Assembly (NCBI RefSeq): GCF_035084215.1
Contig: NC_090343.1
Location: 30,070,001-30,134,000 of the forward strand
DNA: 64,000 bases
Direction of reading: 5' to 3'
DNA from: Heptranchias perlo
Taxonomy: Eukaryota
Part shown: piece by piece, positions 13,501 to 25,599 of the stretch
Position numbering within the stretch: the stretch's first letter is position 1
Layout: every line of letters starts with the position of its first letter
Position numbers and translations under genes: made by a program
The notes under the pieces: model-generated
Told to the model about the DNA's origin: nothing
Databases searched by the model: none
Seen by the model: the letters and a program-made list of their open reading frames with translations, nothing else

Positions 13501-14350
13501 GGCTCGAGGGGCTAAATGCCACTGCCACTTGCTGCCTCTTGATATGCGCCACCTTCTCCTGCAAGAAAGCGGGATGTGTGTCTGGGTGATGTGCCTGTCA
13601 TTGTTGAATAGCTGCCAGTGTGTGTGGCCTGTGAGTTGTGGGTGGGCGGCTTGAAACAGTGGTAATGTGAAAGGGTGAGAGGAAGCATCTGATTGGAAGA
13701 GTTGAGTACTGATGAAAAGAGTTTGTTGGTATGTGGGAGATGGGGGGTGCAGTGCGTGATGCAGTTGGTAGGAGACACCACTTGACAGTTGACCTCACTC
13801 ACCTTTACCACTCATGTCAAAGAATTGAACTTCTTCCTACACTGCATCCATGTTCATGATGCTGTCCGCCTGGTTTTTGAGCCAGGTCTCCGTTATCGCC
13901 ACAACATTATATTCCCATGAGGCTAATTGTGCCTGCAGCTCAGCACCCTGGTTTACTATGCTTTGTGCCTTTACACACACGCACTGTAAACCTATCTTAG
14001 ATCTTCTTGTATTCCTTCTTATTCTGATCCCACATAATACTGTACTATTTCTTTCTCTAGTGCTATCTGTCACTCCCAATCGTTGTGTTCCTTGTTTCTC
14101 CTTTCCAATGTTACATCCTGGTGCCCATCCCCCTGCCAAATTAGTTTAAACCCTCCCTCACAGCACTAGCGAACCTTTCTGCGAGGACATTGGTCCCAGC
14201 TCTGTTGAGGTGCAAACCGTCTGGCGTGTATAGGTCCCACCTCCCCCAGAACTGATCCCAATGCCTAAGAATCTAAAGTCTTCCCTCCTGCACCATCTCT
14301 CCAGCCACACATTCATCTGCTCCACCCTCCCATTTCTATACTCACTAGCA
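10546..14350 (-). mobile_element. CR1 LINE (ORF1 esterase end plus ORF2), interrupted at 12842-13873
   Basis: ORF1 SGNH-esterase end (WDLYTPDGLHLNRAGT, ~14145-14350), VAITETWL, LLDLVLGNE, SDHS, GVSQGSELG, FADDTKL, YKTLVRPQLEYC. CR1 tail near 10546. Confidence 0.92.
12842..13873. mobile_element. Harbinger/CR1 composite element, copy 1 (both termini lost)
   Basis: Collinear with 23672-25537 and 39292-40909. CR1 3' piece at ~13244-13518, Myb/SANT exon remnants on the minus strand. Confidence 0.85.
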
Positions 14351-15242
14351 TATTTATGCTTTATAGACTGATTGTCAAACCAAAATATATGTACCAGTAG
14401 TCACTAAAAATAGCATAATTGCTAACAATCTGACTTAAATGTAAGGTAATAGATTTCTGGAGTGGAACCTCATTAATATAAATTTTGTTGTTTGACCCTC
14501 TTGCTTCTCAGTTCTTTTTATTGGTCCCAGCTGGAGCTGTTTTAATAGTTAACAAAGGAGCCAGAATCTTAATAAGGTGAATCCTTAATAAGATGAATCA
14601 TTTTGCCAGTCTCTGCAAGTTTGCAATAATGAACTTTCCTTGTATATATTTATTTGCTCTGGTACCTTATCTAGGTACAATTTTCCTTATTCAGGCACAG
14701 TTTTCTCATTTCTACTTGATCCTTTGATATTTCACTTGATAAACATACTTCCGCTGAGTTATTGCTTTCTAATACTCAGATAAATATAAGTTATCACTTG
14801 ATTAATTTGCTGCAGTTGACTTTCAGCCTGTGTTAATGAAGCCAGCAAAGCCTTTTACTCAAAGGAGTTACTTCTGAGAAAGGTTTGAATAATTTGTCTT
14901 TAACTGTTTCTCAACCAGCTGTTCTCCTGTATGATTGTTCTCACTGCAAAATTTCAACAATATTAGTGGTTCTTTTATTTGACATCTGTTTACACTTGTT
15001 ATCTTTTGATTGCATTTATGAACAAAATGATTTTAGGACTATGTAATGACTGACCTGGGCAATGTCATAAATGAAATTTTGAAGGGGTGTAAATAGTTGA
15101 TTCACAATTAGTGGACTAGTTTGTGGTTGATTAACATTTGGTTGATAAAATTTGCATTTTAAGCAAATTGGCGCTGTAATTAACACTGTATTTGAATACA
15201 TTATATTAACATCAGCTTTCTGTGCAATGTGTTTGAGACCAT

Positions 15243-15486
15243 GGGGGTGATTTTAAACCCTAAGAACGGGTGGGTTGGGGGCGGGTGGGAGTTAAAAATA
15301 GTTGTTTTTTTGGGTCGCAACCACAAATTTTTCGGACTTTGCATTCCCAGTGGGAAGCCTGTACTTTTACGCACCGACGTTAAACCCGGAAATAAAGCCG
15401 GGTTGCGGTCGAGACCCAAAAAACAACTATTTTCAACTCCCACCCGCCCCCAATCCATCCATTCTTGGGGTTTAAAATCACCCCCC
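15243..15486. mobile_element. Harbinger-type MITE with ~80-bp TIRs
   Basis: GGGGGTGATTTTAAACCC...GGGTTTAAAATCACCCCCC arms. 3-bp TSD CAT at 15240-15242 and 15487-15489. Confidence 0.85.
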
Positions 15487-16337
15487 CATGTCATTTTAGT
15501 TGTTTCCTCTGGAATGGTTTGTAGAGACAATGAGGACGTATAGGAGGATCACTCATGAAACAGTGATGTAATTGGTTAAAATTGTCAGACAGTTTTGGAA
15601 GTTGAATATATTCTGATTTCCTCAGTAATTTAATCAAGAAAATATTAATACTCAGCTCGGAAAGGAACTGGGAATAATATCTTTTATTTTTTTTCTATTC
15701 ATACAAGTCAAGGAGCTAAGCCACAGTATTAATATGCACGTTTACTATAGAAGATTTCATTTTTTATTATGCGTGGTATCAACTTCCACATCTCCATCAA
15801 TGGTTCAACTCATTTACTAATACAATCAAAATTGTAACAGTGACATGACTAGGTACAATGAACTGTAGAAGGGTATTGTAGCCGATATGAAGGCTTTCTT
15901 CATGGAAAATAAATTGAATCTTTTTTTAAAAAAACAGAATTGAGAAATGCAGTGTGTGTACACTGATTCATTACAAAAATGCCACAACCTTTCATTATAA
16001 TCCACTTCAGTTTCATATTTCTGAAATCAAATTTGAACCGATCTGTGTGTTCTTGGAGGGCTAATTCAGCAGTGGGACTGTAAGTTAACAAATCACTACA
16101 ATGAAACATAAATATATCTGAATACACAATTGTTTGAATTAAATTCAGGAATCCAAACTACAAAAGGCCAATTTGGCATGCAAAGCAAGTAATTGCTGTC
16201 TGTGGTTGAAGCTACAACACTAAAGATTGGGAGATTTTTTTTATTTCATTGTAACTTGCCTGGTCTGATGCAAGGACATCTGACTCTTTGTGGTCTGATA
16301 TCTGGGAAGGAGAATGTTATCCCTTTTAAGATTTAAT

Positions 16338-18504
16338 GGGCCAAATTTTGCTGTAAAAATCACAGTGAAGCTAATGGCGCACACCATTATTTATGCGCAA
16401 ATGGTACAACAACTTCAGGCGAGGAGCAGATACGTGGTTAAATGCCAATATCCACAAGTTGTTCTCCGAGTTGCACCACGCTGCTGTTAGCTTCACAAAA
16501 AATGTTTGCCTCACCACTGACATGCATTGAATGGCGTGACGTTGCTGTATTTGTGCGATAAATACGAACTAAACTCGCCGCAGAAAATTAGGTGAGACAA
16601 AAAATGCTTTTTCTGCTAGGCACCCCACTGTTTCTGCTTTTACTGTACACCATGGAAGGCCGATGCAGGGAACAACAACAAGGAGCCAGGCACCATGCCT
16701 GGAGGCTCAACAATAGGAACAATTACCCAACCCCGAGAGTCTACAGGGAGAGGCTGTCTTTCGAGATGATGTTTGAAGGGCCTTTGTGTGAGGAGGCTAC
16801 GTTTTAGTAAGGAGGCAATCGGCTGCCTCTGTGAAATGTTAAAAGAGGAACTTCAGCCATGTTCTAACTTCCGCAGAGCCTTGTCAGTGGCAATGAAGGT
16901 AACTACAGCCCTCAAATTTTAGGCATGCACATCATTTCAGTCAGATACCAGTGACATGTGCAACATCACCCAAAGTACTGCGAGAGTGTGCATTCACTAG
17001 TTCACGGATGCCATATTCCGCAGAGCTTCTGACTTCATCACCTGTGAAATGTCACCAATGAGGCAAAGGGAGAGGTCTGTCGCATTCCACAGGATTGTGG
17101 GCTTCCCCAAAGTGCTGGGGACTGTCAACAGAACCCATATGGCATTGAAGGCACCCAGTGATGCACCTGTCACATACAGCAACAGGAAAGAATACCATTT
17201 GTTAAATGTGATGATCTTTTGCGATGTCCAACTGCGGATCATGAATATAAGTGCAGATCATCAGGCAAGTGCTCACGATGCCTTCGTCCTTCAACACTCA
17301 AACTTACATGATGCCTTCACCAGAGCATGGCAAGGATCTGGATGGATCTTAGATGACAAGGCCTACCTGCTAAAGCCGTGGCTGATGACACCCTACCGCA
17401 GGACCAATAGTGCAGCACAGGAAAGGTACAACCGTGCACACATGCATGTGCCAAGTAATGGGGAGGACAATAGGGGTGCTGAAATCACGCTTCCGGTGCC
17501 TGGACAGTTCAGGAGGTACTTTGCAGTACTTGCCTATCAAAGTGTCAAGGATTGTGGTGGTATGCTGCGCATTGCACAACTTTGCCTTGTGGGAAGGACT
17601 GACTCACAGTCAGGCAAACGAGATGCTGGTGGAAATGGACGATAACCAGAATCCCAACCCGGATGTCAGTGGAGCCATGGTTTGTGCCCCGCACACCCGC
17701 ACTGCCCACCCCCCCCTCCCCCCCAAGGATGTCACAGCTGCAGTGGGCAGGGCGGCTAGAGAGCAGCTGGTGCATTTGGACAATGATGAAAGTGGCAAAA
17801 TGCCTCCCTCCCCAGGAAAGCACACAAAAGGACGGACAAGATTGAAAATCAAACAGTGAACTTTTACTGCAGCAGTTTAAACAACAATTGAGGTAGTTAG
17901 TGCAAAACTTTAAATAAAAATTGAGGTACTTAGTCATTTTCTACTTTGGAAACAGTTGTAACATAAACATGGTTGAGATTATTACAATTTTGAGTTCCAA
18001 ATGACTTCTGACAATGATTTAAGGACAGCAGCAACAACAACAATTATAATAGAAATAATCAAGAGAAATATTAATATCATAAAAACCACAACAATTGAAC
18101 AAGAACAAACCGCAACAAATTTAGCATACTTGCGCCTTCACAGGTGTTACTTTGGACTGCTTTTTATAAACTGTTCATGCATTGCCTTTTTATAAAATGT
18201 TTTAAAAAGATTTTTAACAATTAAAGTAGCTTTTTAGAGTTAGTTTTAGGTAACTTCAAGACACAGTTCATTACTCACCTCTCTGTAACACTCCTAACTG
18301 TATCTTCACTATTAAGAGTGCCATGTGGTCAGACCTCTTTCATTGTCAACTCGAGACGTCGTTCCGATGCCCTGTTGCCAGCGCCGCACTGCTTCCATCT
18401 CACACTTCCAGCAACTTGCCATGCAAAAAGTCATTGCGATTAAATGTGCAAGTCTAACTAACGGCTGGCGCCATTAAATGCCCTCCTACAGCAAACTCTG
18501 GCCC
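16338..18504 (+). mobile_element. PIF/Harbinger DNA transposon with both TIRs
   Basis: TIRs GGGCCAAATTTTGCTGTA and GGGCCAGAGTTTGCTGTA (rc). TSD AAT at 16335-16337 and 18505-18507. Contains a transposase pseudogene. Confidence 0.92.
16652..17640 (+). pseudogene. Harbinger DDE transposase (HARBI1-like), frameshifted
   Basis: GFPKVLGTVNRTHMAL, YSNRKEYHLLNV, SAHDAFVL, GWILDDKAYLLKPWLMTP, RTIGVLKSRFRCLD, CCALHN. Stops and frameshifts present. Confidence 0.9.
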
Positions 18505-18929
18505 AATGTTTTTCCATTTGCCCAGTAGTCTAGCGATGGTTGAAGGTTTCCACTTCCATTTTCCCTTTACATGGAGTAGATTTGGTGTATAAATTGTGCC
18601 TCAATTGTGGAATCTTTGTATTTGCAATTCATATAACTGACAGGTTTGGCATAACAGTACACCATTTTGAAAATGTCTACAAGTTCTTTGAAAATAGTAG
18701 ATGTGGAGAACTTTCTAAACCCCTCCACAATAATCTACAAGTTATGCAAAAAACAGATCCATAAAAATTAAACTTCAGAGAACAAAACAGCCATTATTCA
18801 CAACTATGAATGTAAAGTCAAGTAGAAAAGGCTATACATTTGGGGTTCTCTGGATGGTGAGGTGAAATTTTATGCTCATCAAAGAGTTAGCGGATTTCAA
18901 CCGGCCAACAGTAGATACTACATGTAATC

Positions 18930-19555
18930 TCACAGGCCCTGAATTAGCAAAAATTGGCCAAGGTTCCTGCTGCCAATTATTATCCAGCGACCCCTGCTGG
19001 AAGTGTCTGCATGTAGCTGTCGGTTTGGGACAGGATCATAGTCAGCTTTGATGCCCTCTGCATCAAATAGCTTGTTGGCATTCACTGTGAAGGCTCACCC
19101 ATGATTAATGCCAATGTCATCAAGGCACCAGAGGTCATGACACTGTCCATAGACCTATGTACCTTTTAAAAGGGAACTGGACAAAAATTGGTGAGAAAAA
19201 AATACTTCCATGATGATTTATTGAGTAAATAAACCATACATTGTATTCTGAGCCATGCAGAACAGGAAGGTTTGATCCCTGGTTTGTGCAGAGTTTAGTT
19301 GATCTCATCCAAGGTGATAGCGGACTCTTTACAATTAACCTCATCATTCCAGGGATAGGGAGGGGGAGAAACTGACCATGTTTTCAGCTCCTGATTACTA
19401 TCTAGTTACTTCTGTTGGAAGTGACTATTTGTGGCTAGGTGAACATGGGGTCAGAGGTGCAACTGTGATCGTCCATGATCAGTTAACTGTCAATGCTCAA
19501 ACAATGCTCGACATGAAGAATGGACACTTAAGCAAGATACTGGAGGGCCAATGTA
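18930..19555 (+). repeat. Two diverged adjacent copies of a SINE-like repeat (18930-19135 partial, ~19215-19555)
   Basis: Shared blocks (TCCTG..TATC.AG..AC..CTG.TGGAAGTG). B-box-like GGTTTGATCCC at ~19269. Confidence 0.5.
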
Positions 19556-21299
19556 GCTTGTAGACCAAACCCCAAAAGTCACTAAAATCAAGAGAGGATG
19601 ATGGAGAAAAATAAACAAAGGAGATTGACTGAAAACAAGAAGTGAAGATGGCTTACAGTTAATAGATAGCAGGATTAATACAACAAAATAAATTATAGAA
19701 CATAAAAATGACAAATGATCATTTTAAAAAATATATTTCACAAATGAGAATAATAAAGGGCATTGAGTCAATGTGCTACTGTGAAGTGATAAATTGAATG
19801 AATATATTTTTTTAGTACTTGTAGGTTCTTGAACTCCCAAAGGCCTCTTTGAATCTAGTAATGAGTGCATACTAGTTAATCCTGTATCTACACCTGGCTG
19901 CTTTTCTTCTTTTGATGAGGATATTCTCTCTTTTTTTTCTCTCTGTTCTCCCCTTTTGGTCTTCCAGCAACACAGTGTAGCTGCTCCCAGCTGCAGAAGC
20001 TACAGAGTAATAGATCGCCTTCCAGTTTTTCCTTCTATGAGGAGAACTATGAGAAAACAACTGGTTTTTATCTTACACTCCTCCTCAGTAAAAAAAGAGG
20101 AACTCAGCAAAGTGAACGATCAAATCAATACCAACTATTGCATGGCGCAATGTGTTGGTGCTCCAGTGTACTGCACCGTCGAGTTACTTCCTGTCAAGTT
20201 GCTATTTTTAAAATATACCTGCTTAAAAAAGCATTTTGGTAATTTGTAGCTAAGGGCCTGATCAGATGAACAAATATCTTTAATGGTGGTTGAAACTGTT
20301 CAGGCGTTGGTGAGTATTGCAAATGTTATTGATGGAAGTAAAATGACTTGTAGTATCTGATACATACACTTTCCAGTTTAATGTTGATCATTAATAATCC
20401 ATATCAAAGCAAGAATTAATCTAATGAAAACTGAATACGATCCTCTCTTTTTTTTTTATCAGGTGTTAATATGGAAAATGAAAATGTTTGTGAATGCCGA
20501 TTATAATGAGGCAAAACTTTTATTCCTGAAGACTGGTATTGCATAATTATATCTGTTTTATTTATTGCATTATTCTAGTATTTGAGTTTCAATGCAATTT
20601 CACACATGGTGAGTAAAATTAATCTCTCCATTGTTAAAATGGCACTTGATTAGTGTATTCTCAATTTGGTCAATAATTGTGATTTGGAGCCAGAGGCACC
20701 ATTGCAAATCTTGCCTCGCACAATCCAATAGATCACAGATAAGACTGCTTGTTTTACTTACTTTTGGTACTTCATTCTGCTTGGGTTGCCCAAGTAGCAG
20801 TTAGATACAGCAGAAGTAATCAAGTCTTGGGGTATCATGGCTTAGAGGCATTGCATTTGGAGTTGTGTTGAAGTTATGCATTCACACATGTATTCTGTGC
20901 TGCAGAAGCTTAATAGAGTTTCTGTTACTAATTTTAGTAATGTTAGTACGAGTTTCATCAGGATGAACAATCACCAGCTTATAGAATTGAGAGACACGAG
21001 AAGCATGTTCTAATTTTTAACTGCTTAACGTCAAGATTCATAACTTTCAACCAGAATGTAATACAGAACAATTAACTTGAAAAGAAAATTATTAAACATT
21101 AAATTTATCAATTTGCATAAATTTCAAATAGACTGAAAAGCATTATTTTAAACATTTCTCTAAACATTAATCAGGTGCCTTTTGATTTGTAGCTGATTAG
21201 ATTTGCTACTCTTTGTACTCTTGCCAGTATCACCAACATCCTGAGAACAAACAATTTTTAAAAAACTGCTCCAAATTAACTGGGCAGAAAAGTTAGCAA

Positions 21300-23100
21300 A
21301 CAGATTGATTAATTAGCAGTAGGAAATCTTCACATAAGGGATTACTAAAGAACAAAATAAATATGTTCCTATAAGGTGAAAAGGCAATGCCTCAAAGAAT
21401 CCATGGATACCTGAAAAATTAAAACAAGAACTGAAACTTAGGAGGAACGTATATAGAATCATAGAAGTTACAACATGGAAACAGGCCCTTCGGCCCAACA
21501 TGTCCATGTCGCCCAGTTTATACCACTAAGCTAGTCCCAATTGCCTGCAATAGAATCATAGAATATATGATAAAATTAAGGTTTACAATATTAAAGAAAA
21601 CCATAAGGAGTATAGAAAGTGTAGTGGGGAGGTGAAAAAAGTGAAGAGGTTGTTGAAAGAAGCCAGAGAAGAGATAGTAGAAGCTCTGGCCATAGTTTTA
21701 TCAATCCTTCTTTAAATATGCAAGCTGTGGCATGGGTTTGGAGCATAGCCAATTTAAAACCTTTTCAAGAAGACAGAGAAGGATAGTTAAGTTTAACCTC
21801 AGTTGTGGATAATCTCTTTGAATCCATAATAAAGATGTAATTAGTGAGCATTTAAAAATGGATGGGTTAATCAAGATCAGCTGGCATTGAATTGTTAAAG
21901 GCAAGTCATGATTGAAAAACTTAAAAGCTTTTTGAAGAAGTGACCAAATGGATAGATAAAATGAATGCAGAGGCTGTAGTGTATATGGATTTTCTAAAGG
22001 TGTTTGGTAAGGCATCTCACAAGAAGCTTGTTAGAAAAACTCAGACATGTGGCATGAGGAAAAATGTAAGTGCATGGATAGAAAGTTGAGTAATGAACAA
22101 GAAACAATGAGTCAATGGTTGCTGTTGGGATTTGAGATGGATTGGAAGTGGTGAGTCTACTTTTGTTCATGATATATATTATTTGGACTTGGCATAGAGA
22201 GCACAATCTCAAAAGATGATGACACAGAAGTAGAGGGTTTTGTAAACAACAAGGAAGACTGCAAAAGACATCAGGAAAACTTAGACAGCAGAATGGGCAG
22301 ACTGATGGCAGATACAATTTAATGTGGATAAGTGTGAGGCAATTCATTTTGGGAAGAAAAATGAGGAGTTGGAGTACAAACTTAATGGAAAGATACTTAA
22401 AGGTGTGAATGAACAGAGGGCTTATGAGTTCAAATATATAATTCCCTAAATGTGTGAGTGCAGGTAGATAAAGCCATAAAAAAAGGCCAAAAGCATTTTG
22501 GGTTTTATAAACTGGGGCATACAGTATAAGGGTAAAGAAGTTATGATAAATCTGTACAAAATGTTAATTAGACCACAGTTACAATACTATGTGCAATTTT
22601 GGGTGCCCCATTATAGAAAAGAACATTAAACCCATAGAGAATGTACAGCATAGATTCATCAGGATGATGCTTGGGATGGGAAATTATCATTATGAGGAAA
22701 GACTTGAGATACTAAGACTATTTTCACTGGAGCAGCGAAGACAAAGAGGTTTTCAAAATTATATAGTGTTTTGGTAGAATCTATAAGGGAAGACTCTCTT
22801 TCTGTTTGGTGAGTCAGTGATAACGGGTAATGAATTTAAAATGGTCACAGAGAATGAGGAGTGAGGTTCAGATAAATTTCTTTGTGCAAACTATTGTTGG
22901 AGCAGGGAGTGTTTGAGGCAGAGACCATTGCATTTTTTGAGGATAAACTGAATAAATATATGTAGGCGAGGAAGATACAGGCCAATAGGGAGAGTGTGGG
23001 GCAGTGGGATTAGTTTTGGATTGTGCTAGCAAAGGGCCAGGACAGATGAGATGAACCAAATGATCCACATTCTGTGCTGTAAACTTTAATAGTTCTATAG
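21300..23100 (+). mobile_element. Old CR1 LINE ORF2 fragment with 3' tail
   Basis: Degenerate VYMDF.K.F.K, CEAIHFG, LYK.LIRPQLQY motifs. CR1 tail at ~23040-23100. Confidence 0.85.
21453..21563 (-). mobile_element. Young CR1 3'-end insertion
   Basis: ATAGAATCATAGAAG tail. Nearly identical to 24958-25053. Confidence 0.8.
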
Positions 23101-23671
23101 CTCAAAGCCATTCTTCCTTAAGCGTATTATTTTACGTACATAAATACACAGTGCCCTTGAAAGTTCCAGCCACTTGTCTAGTATAAATCCTGTCTCAGTT
23201 CCTTGATTGTTGTGATAACTCTTGGTCTAGAGATACTAGTAAAATGATATATTGCACTTTTAAGAATAAGTTCTCTCTTTAGACAAACATTTTACCCTTC
23301 TACTTAGATTTTTTTGAACCAACTCATTACAGCCACCGAGTGGCTCATTTACTTTTAATTATTACTTGGATTTAATTGACAGCTGATTTTAGCCAAATTG
23401 AATGCAAATGCTGTGGAATCGCACAAGTTGAACTAAATCTGAATTTAAGAAATTGAAGCAACTCACTATGATTCAATAAGAATGTATTACAAGGGGGTAC
23501 AAGACAACAAGGACCATTTGAGGCCAGAAAAATGAGCTTCCCATGGTTTTTCAGATAAGTTGACAGAGATGTAGTTATATGATTAATTCAATACAGATTC
23601 TACACTTTCTGAACAGTAACACAGTAGGCTACAGTAATTAGCCATAAGATCATTTCAAAGGAAAACATTAT

Positions 23672-25537
23672 GGGCGTTAAATTGGGCTGTGTAGCGCCCG
23701 TTGTTTCGGCGCTACATGGCCTCTCCGACATCCAAGATGACGTTTTGGATGCGCACGCACATTTCCAGCGTGACATGTGCCAGACGCTATCTTGGTATAG
23801 GAGTTAGTGCAGGCGCAGATAATGAACGCTGGAATCATGTAAAGTAGGGAGAAAATGACATCAATCAGTGTGCAACGCTGATTTAAAGTGATAAGTCCCA
23901 AAATGGTGTCTAACACTCAACTCAACGCAACGCACAGTCTTAACCCCGACCATCTGAATTTGTCTTAGCATGCCTGGATGAACCCCCACCAGCGTTATTT
24001 AAAGGGACCATGCAGAATTTACAGATTAGTGGCTGGATTATTTCTTCTGGCTGCGAAGACATTTGTAACTGGTTTTTGGAGGTCTCCTATACTTGAATAC
24101 TAGGACTAGGGGACATAACCTAACATTTAGAGCCAGGTCATGTGGGAGTGAAGTTAGGAAATGCTTCTACACCAAAGGGTGGGAGAAGTTTGGAACGCTC
24201 TTTTGCAAATGGCAGTTGGTACTAGCTCAGCTGAGAATTCCAAATCTGAGATTGATTGATTTCTGTGAACCAAGGGTATTCAGGGATATGGGGCTAAGGC
24301 AGGTATATGGAGTTAGGTCACAGGTCCATCCTGATCTCACCAAATGGTGGAACAGGCTCAACGGGCTAAATGCCATTGCCACTTGCTGCCTTCTGATATG
24401 TGCCAGCTTCTCCTGCAAGAAAGAGGGACATGTGTCTGGGTGATGTGCCTATCATAGTTGAATAGCTGCCAATGTGCGTGGCCTGTGAGTTGTGGGTGGG
24501 AGGCTTGCAACAGTGGTAATGTGTAAGGGTGAGAGGTTGAGTACTGATGGAAAGAGTTTGTTGGTATGGGGGTGTAGTGTGTGGAGCAGCAGATGCAGCT
24601 AGTGGTGTAGTTGGTAGGAGGTGCCACTTGACAGTTGACCTCACTCACCTCGACCATTCATGTCAAAGCATTGAACTTGTTCCTGCACTGCATCCATGTT
24701 CATGATGCTGTGTGCCTGGCATTGGTTATATGCCTTTTGGTTATATGCCTGGAGGGTCTCTTGCACACCCCCCACCCCACCCAGTGGATATAGGATGTCC
24801 CTCCTTTTGTCCACCTCTTGCACCAAGGTCTCTGGTGCATCAGCAGAGAACCTTGGTGCGCACCCTCTCGCAGGCTTGGTACCAACTCAGATCGGCAGAT
24901 TGGTGAGGTCTGGCATACGGATTGGAGGATGTGGGATTTAGTAGTGTGCAACCTTTCATAGAATCATAGAAGTTACAACATGGAAACAGGCCCTTCGGCC
25001 CAACATGTCCATGTCGCCCAGTTTATACCACGAAGCTAGTCCCAATTGCCTGCACTTGGCCCATATCCCTCTATACCCATCTTACCCATGTAACTGTCCA
25101 AATGCTTTTTAAAAGACAAAATTGTACCCGCCTCTACTACTGCCTCTGGCAGCTCGTTCCAGACACTCACCACCTTTTTGTTTTTTTGTTGGCAACACTA
25201 TTCAATGTTTTAACATAACTCATCAGTTTGTAAACATGGGGATGGGAGCTGCAACTGTTATGCATGTGTGATATCTGATCTCCATTTTCAGCAAATAACA
25301 GGTACTAGCTACCTTTCAGAGATTTCTAACAGGCAGCCTGCCTTTAAGAGATTGGAGCTGCTGGAAAGTGTGAATTGCATGGAATCCTCATTCAACGCTG
25401 ATTTCCAACGCAGATTGCAGATAAGTCCTCAGGCCTGACAAAAATCTTGTCCTGCCTGCGCAGGGACCATTGGGTGTGGGATAATAGCAGACCATGCTAC
25501 CCCCGCCCAAAAACAGGCCCTATCCAATTTTTCCCCC
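23672..25537. mobile_element. Harbinger/CR1 composite element, copy 2 (complete)
   Basis: Termini GGGCGTTAAATTGG...CCAATTTTTCCCCC. TSD TAT at 23669-23671 and 25538-25540. Myb/SANT remnant on minus strand, CR1 piece at ~24091-24371. Confidence 0.88.
24958..25176 (-). mobile_element. Young CR1 3'-end insertion nested in composite copy 2
   Basis: Tail ATAGAATCATAGAAG. Absent from the matching position of copy 3. ACCTTT occurs on both flanks. Confidence 0.85.
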
Positions 25538-25599
25538 TATATGTTATGCAATGGGAATGCAGCCACCGTATGGGTCTCTGAGCCTGTCAAAAATGTGGC

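Noticed and set aside
17049-17645. Host HARBI1 gene
   Set aside because: Frameshifted and bounded by TIRs and a TSD, so it is a transposon copy.
19925-20250. Polypyrimidine tract plus CAG at 19965-19967 suggesting an exon
   Set aside because: No recognisable protein in any frame and no convincing donor. A non-coding exon cannot be excluded.
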